DNA of 48,095 bases, taken from contig JBGAQA010000049.1 of NCBI GenBank assembly GCA_044220955.1, positions 1-48,095 of the forward strand, written 5' to 3'. Shown here piece by piece: positions 46,042 to 48,095 of this stretch. A program made the position numbers and the translations under genes. This stretch comes from Sandaracinaceae bacterium. Lineage in GTDB: Bacteria; Myxococcota_A; Polyangia; Polyangiales; Sandaracinaceae. Position 1 is the first letter of the stretch. Each line of letters begins with the position of its first letter. The notes beneath the pieces are model-generated. The model did not search any database. It was given only the letters and a program-made list of their open reading frames with translations, and had not been told where the DNA came from.

Positions 46042-46839
46042 TCAGCGCTGCGCGTCCGGCACCGGCACCTTCTCGCGCGCGGAGGTGAGCGGCCGGCCGC
46101 CGAACACGCGCTCGTGCACGGCGAGCCAGTCCGGGAACTCCGTGCCGAAGATCCAGTCCATCGTCGCGTTCACGAACCCGTAGTGGCCCTCGAAGCGCGC
46201 GTGGTGGAGCGAGTGGTACGAGATCGGGTTGCTCAGCACGAGCGTGGACAGGCGCGTCGAGCGCACCGGCGAGAGCTCGGCGTTCGCGTGCCCGACGATG
46301 TTGCCGACCCAGTGCACGCCGAGGAAGAAGAGCCAGCCGCCCGCGCCGAGCAGATCGAGGTGCGCGAGGCCGATCGCGGGGCCGAGCATCGCGAGCGTCC
46401 AGCCGACGGCCTCGAGCGGGTGCATCGAGAGCCCGGAGAGCGGCGTCGTCACGACGGACTCGTGGTGCCAGCGGTGCATCCAGAAGAGGCGGCGGTGATG
46501 CAGCGCGCGATGGAAGAAATAGTAGAAGCCGACGAACCCGTACCAGGCGACCGCGAAGCCGAGCAGGTTCGCGAGCCACCCACCGCAGAAGTGGATCGCG
46601 CCGGTGTGCAGCGCGAGCACGAAGGGCGGCACGAACACCGCGTGGAAGAGCGCCGTGCCGATCGCCTCGTGACGCAGCTGTCCCCGGCGCAGCGGGAGGT
46701 CGAGCACCTTGCGGCCGGCCCGCTGCGTCACCCGCTCGACCAGGAAGCCGAGCACCAGCGACGAGAGCGTCGTCAGCGCGAGGATGCCGCTCACCCAGGC
46801 GGCGAGCGCAGGGAGCGGCATCGCGGCGAGCCCGTCCAT
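46042..46839 (-). CDS. sterol desaturase family protein (ERG3-like)
   Basis: YYFFHRALH, HRWHH, HPLE, GHAN, HSLHH, MDWIFGT. Confidence 0.9.
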   Translation of the reverse strand: MDGLAAMPLPALAAWVSGILALTTLSSLVLGFLVERVTQRAGRKVLDLPLRRGQLRHEAIGTALFHAVFVPPFVLALHTGAIHFCGGWLANLLGFAVAWYGFVGFYYFFHRALHHRRLFWMHRWHHESVVTTPLSGLSMHPLEAVGWTLAMLGPAIGLAHLDLLGAGGWLFFLGVHWVGNIVGHANAELSPVRSTRLSTLVLSNPISYHSLHHARFEGHYGFVNATMDWIFGTEFPDWLAVHERVFGGRPLTSAREKVPVPDAQR

Positions 46840-46845
46840 CGCCCG

Positions 46846-46873
46846 AGCATGGGACTATCGTACGATAGGTCAA
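46846..46873 (-). promoter_or_regulatory. promoter with palindromic operator in the spacer
   Basis: Minus strand -35 TTGACC (46873-46868), -10 CATGCT (46851-46846); perfect palindrome CTATCGTACGATAG 46855-46868. Confidence 0.6.
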
Positions 46874-46894
46874 GCCGTGCGGAACGCCGCGCGC

Positions 46895-47608
46895 TCAGGG
46901 CAGGCGCCCGCGCACCACGTACTGATCGGGCAGGCGCTCGTCGAGCACCGCCGTCACCAGACCGGCCCCCGCGAGCTCGACCGCCACGGTCTCGGGGGCG
47001 ATGCGCTCGGACACCGGCGGGCCCTGGCTCGCCTCGGCGGTGAAGTCGACGACGACGATCGCGCCGCCGGGGCGGAGCGCCGCCCGAAGGCGCGCGGCGT
47101 AGGCGCCGCGCTCGGAGAGGTGGTGCCAGGTGTTCACCACGAGCACACGGTCGACGCTCTCGTTCGCGAGGCCGGGATCATCGGGGCCGACGACGTGGGC
47201 CTCGACGTTGGCGATGCCCTCGCGCTCGGCGCGCGCGCGCACGTGGTCGATCATCGCGCTCTCGGTGTCGAGCGCGATCACGTACCCGCGCGGACCCACG
47301 GCCACGCTCAGGAAGGGGAGGAAGTAGCCTGTGCCGGTGCCGAGATCGACGACGGTCTGCCCCTGCTCGAGCTCCAGCATGGCCACGACCTCGACCGGGC
47401 GCTGCCATCCCGCGCGATCGGGCGACTCGAACATGGCCTCGAAGCGCGCGACGTCCGAGAAGTCGTGCTGCATCGAGCCCACGTGATGGGCGTGATCGTC
47501 GTGCCCGCCACCGTGCGTCGCGTGCTCCGCGTGCATCGGGGGGCACTGCGCAGCGGGAGCGCCGCAGCCGAGGGCGACCAGGGCGAGCGAGTACGGGGTG
47601 GCACGCAC
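46895..47608 (-). CDS. class I SAM methyltransferase with lipoprotein signal and His-rich segment
   Basis: ALVALGC; HAEHATHGGGHDDHAHH; WQRP; VVDLGTGTGYF; NTWHH; LRPGG. Confidence 0.88.
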   Translation of the reverse strand: MRATPYSLALVALGCGAPAAQCPPMHAEHATHGGGHDDHAHHVGSMQHDFSDVARFEAMFESPDRAGWQRPVEVVAMLELEQGQTVVDLGTGTGYFLPFLSVAVGPRGYVIALDTESAMIDHVRARAEREGIANVEAHVVGPDDPGLANESVDRVLVVNTWHHLSERGAYAARLRAALRPGGAIVVVDFTAEASQGPPVSERIAPETVAVELAGAGLVTAVLDERLPDQYVVRGRLP

Positions 47609-47732
47609 GGGGACTGCGGTCGATCATGCGCGCCGGGCCGCAGCGCGCCACCCCTCGCGCATCGAGACGCCGTGCGTAGAGCCGATCGGCACGTCGATGC
47701 CGCCCCGGAAGACCCTCGATTCGAGCGAGATC

Positions 47733-48095
47733 GTGACGCACCGCGGGACCCGCCGAGCGGCGCTCCACGCGAGCTTGGCCGTCGGGGGTGCCCTGACCCT
47801 CGTGGGGACCCTGCCCGCCTACGCGGAGGCCCAGCGCGGGCACTGCTCGGACAGCGACCCGTACGACCCCGCCGGCCACGGGCGGCACTGCGGCAGCCCG
47901 ACCTGCAGCGACAGCGACCCCTACGACCCCGCCGGCCACGGACGGCGCTGCGCCCCACCCCCCGCCTGCAGCGACAGCGACCCCTACGACCCCGCCGGTC
48001 ACGGCCGCCACTGCGCACCGCCCGCCCCCGCCCCGCCCGCCTGCAGCGACAGCGACCCCTACGACCCCGCCGGCCACGGACGCCACGGCGCGCAC
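47733..48095 (+). CDS. Tat-exported protein with CSDSDPYDPAGHGR repeats (runs off window)
   Basis: Own translation from GTG 47733: MTHRGTRRAALHASLAVGGALTLVGTLPAYAEA-QRGH, then four repeats. Confidence 0.8.
   Translation, partial: MTHRGTRRAALHASLAVGGALTLVGTLPAYAEAQRGHCSDSDPYDPAGHGRHCGSPTCSDSDPYDPAGHGRRCAPPPACSDSDPYDPAGHGRHCAPPAPAPPACSDSDPYDPAGHGRHGAH

Noticed and set aside
47843..48083. Direct repeats with variable spacers resembling a CRISPR array
   Set aside because: In-frame coding repeats with synonymous changes, short codon-multiple Pro linkers and no cas genes
47178..48095. Minus-strand 305-aa ORF with VAGGVVGVAVAAG repeats
   Set aside because: Antisense of the plus-strand Tat repeat protein, which has the signal peptide and normal codon bias

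Overview
Very GC-rich bacterial chromosomal segment. Gene content (many Cys-rich lipoproteins, DUF507, FG-GAP proteins, sterol-desaturase family genes) suggests Myxococcota, probably Polyangiales/Sandaracinaceae-like; this is inference. Core genes: rpsA (partial), cmk, aroA, a divergent pheA, mutS, uvrA, bamA, skp, fabZ (no lpxD/lpxA beside them), tolC, mlaC, an RlmD-RluA fusion, purL, purQ and bioD. Accessory material: (i) a translationally coupled three-gene operon (membrane sensor-GNAT, SelO/kinase-like protein, helical protein with a Gly/aromatic tail), the best candidate for an undescribed system; (ii) an RHH-DUF5678 plus retropepsin pair inserted between bamA and skp; (iii) an island of about 32-37.8 kb with AlbA_2-HATPase plus ParA, a REP-like hairpin, an SMI1/KNR4 protein, a 20/41-bp periodic array before an XRE gene, and a 76-nt four-way-junction element abutting a decapitated PIN gene; (iv) a Tat-exported protein with CSDSDPYDPAGHGR repeats at the right edge. 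No tRNA, rRNA, CRISPR array, integrase or transposase was recognised. All calls come from motif reading only; no database searches were run.
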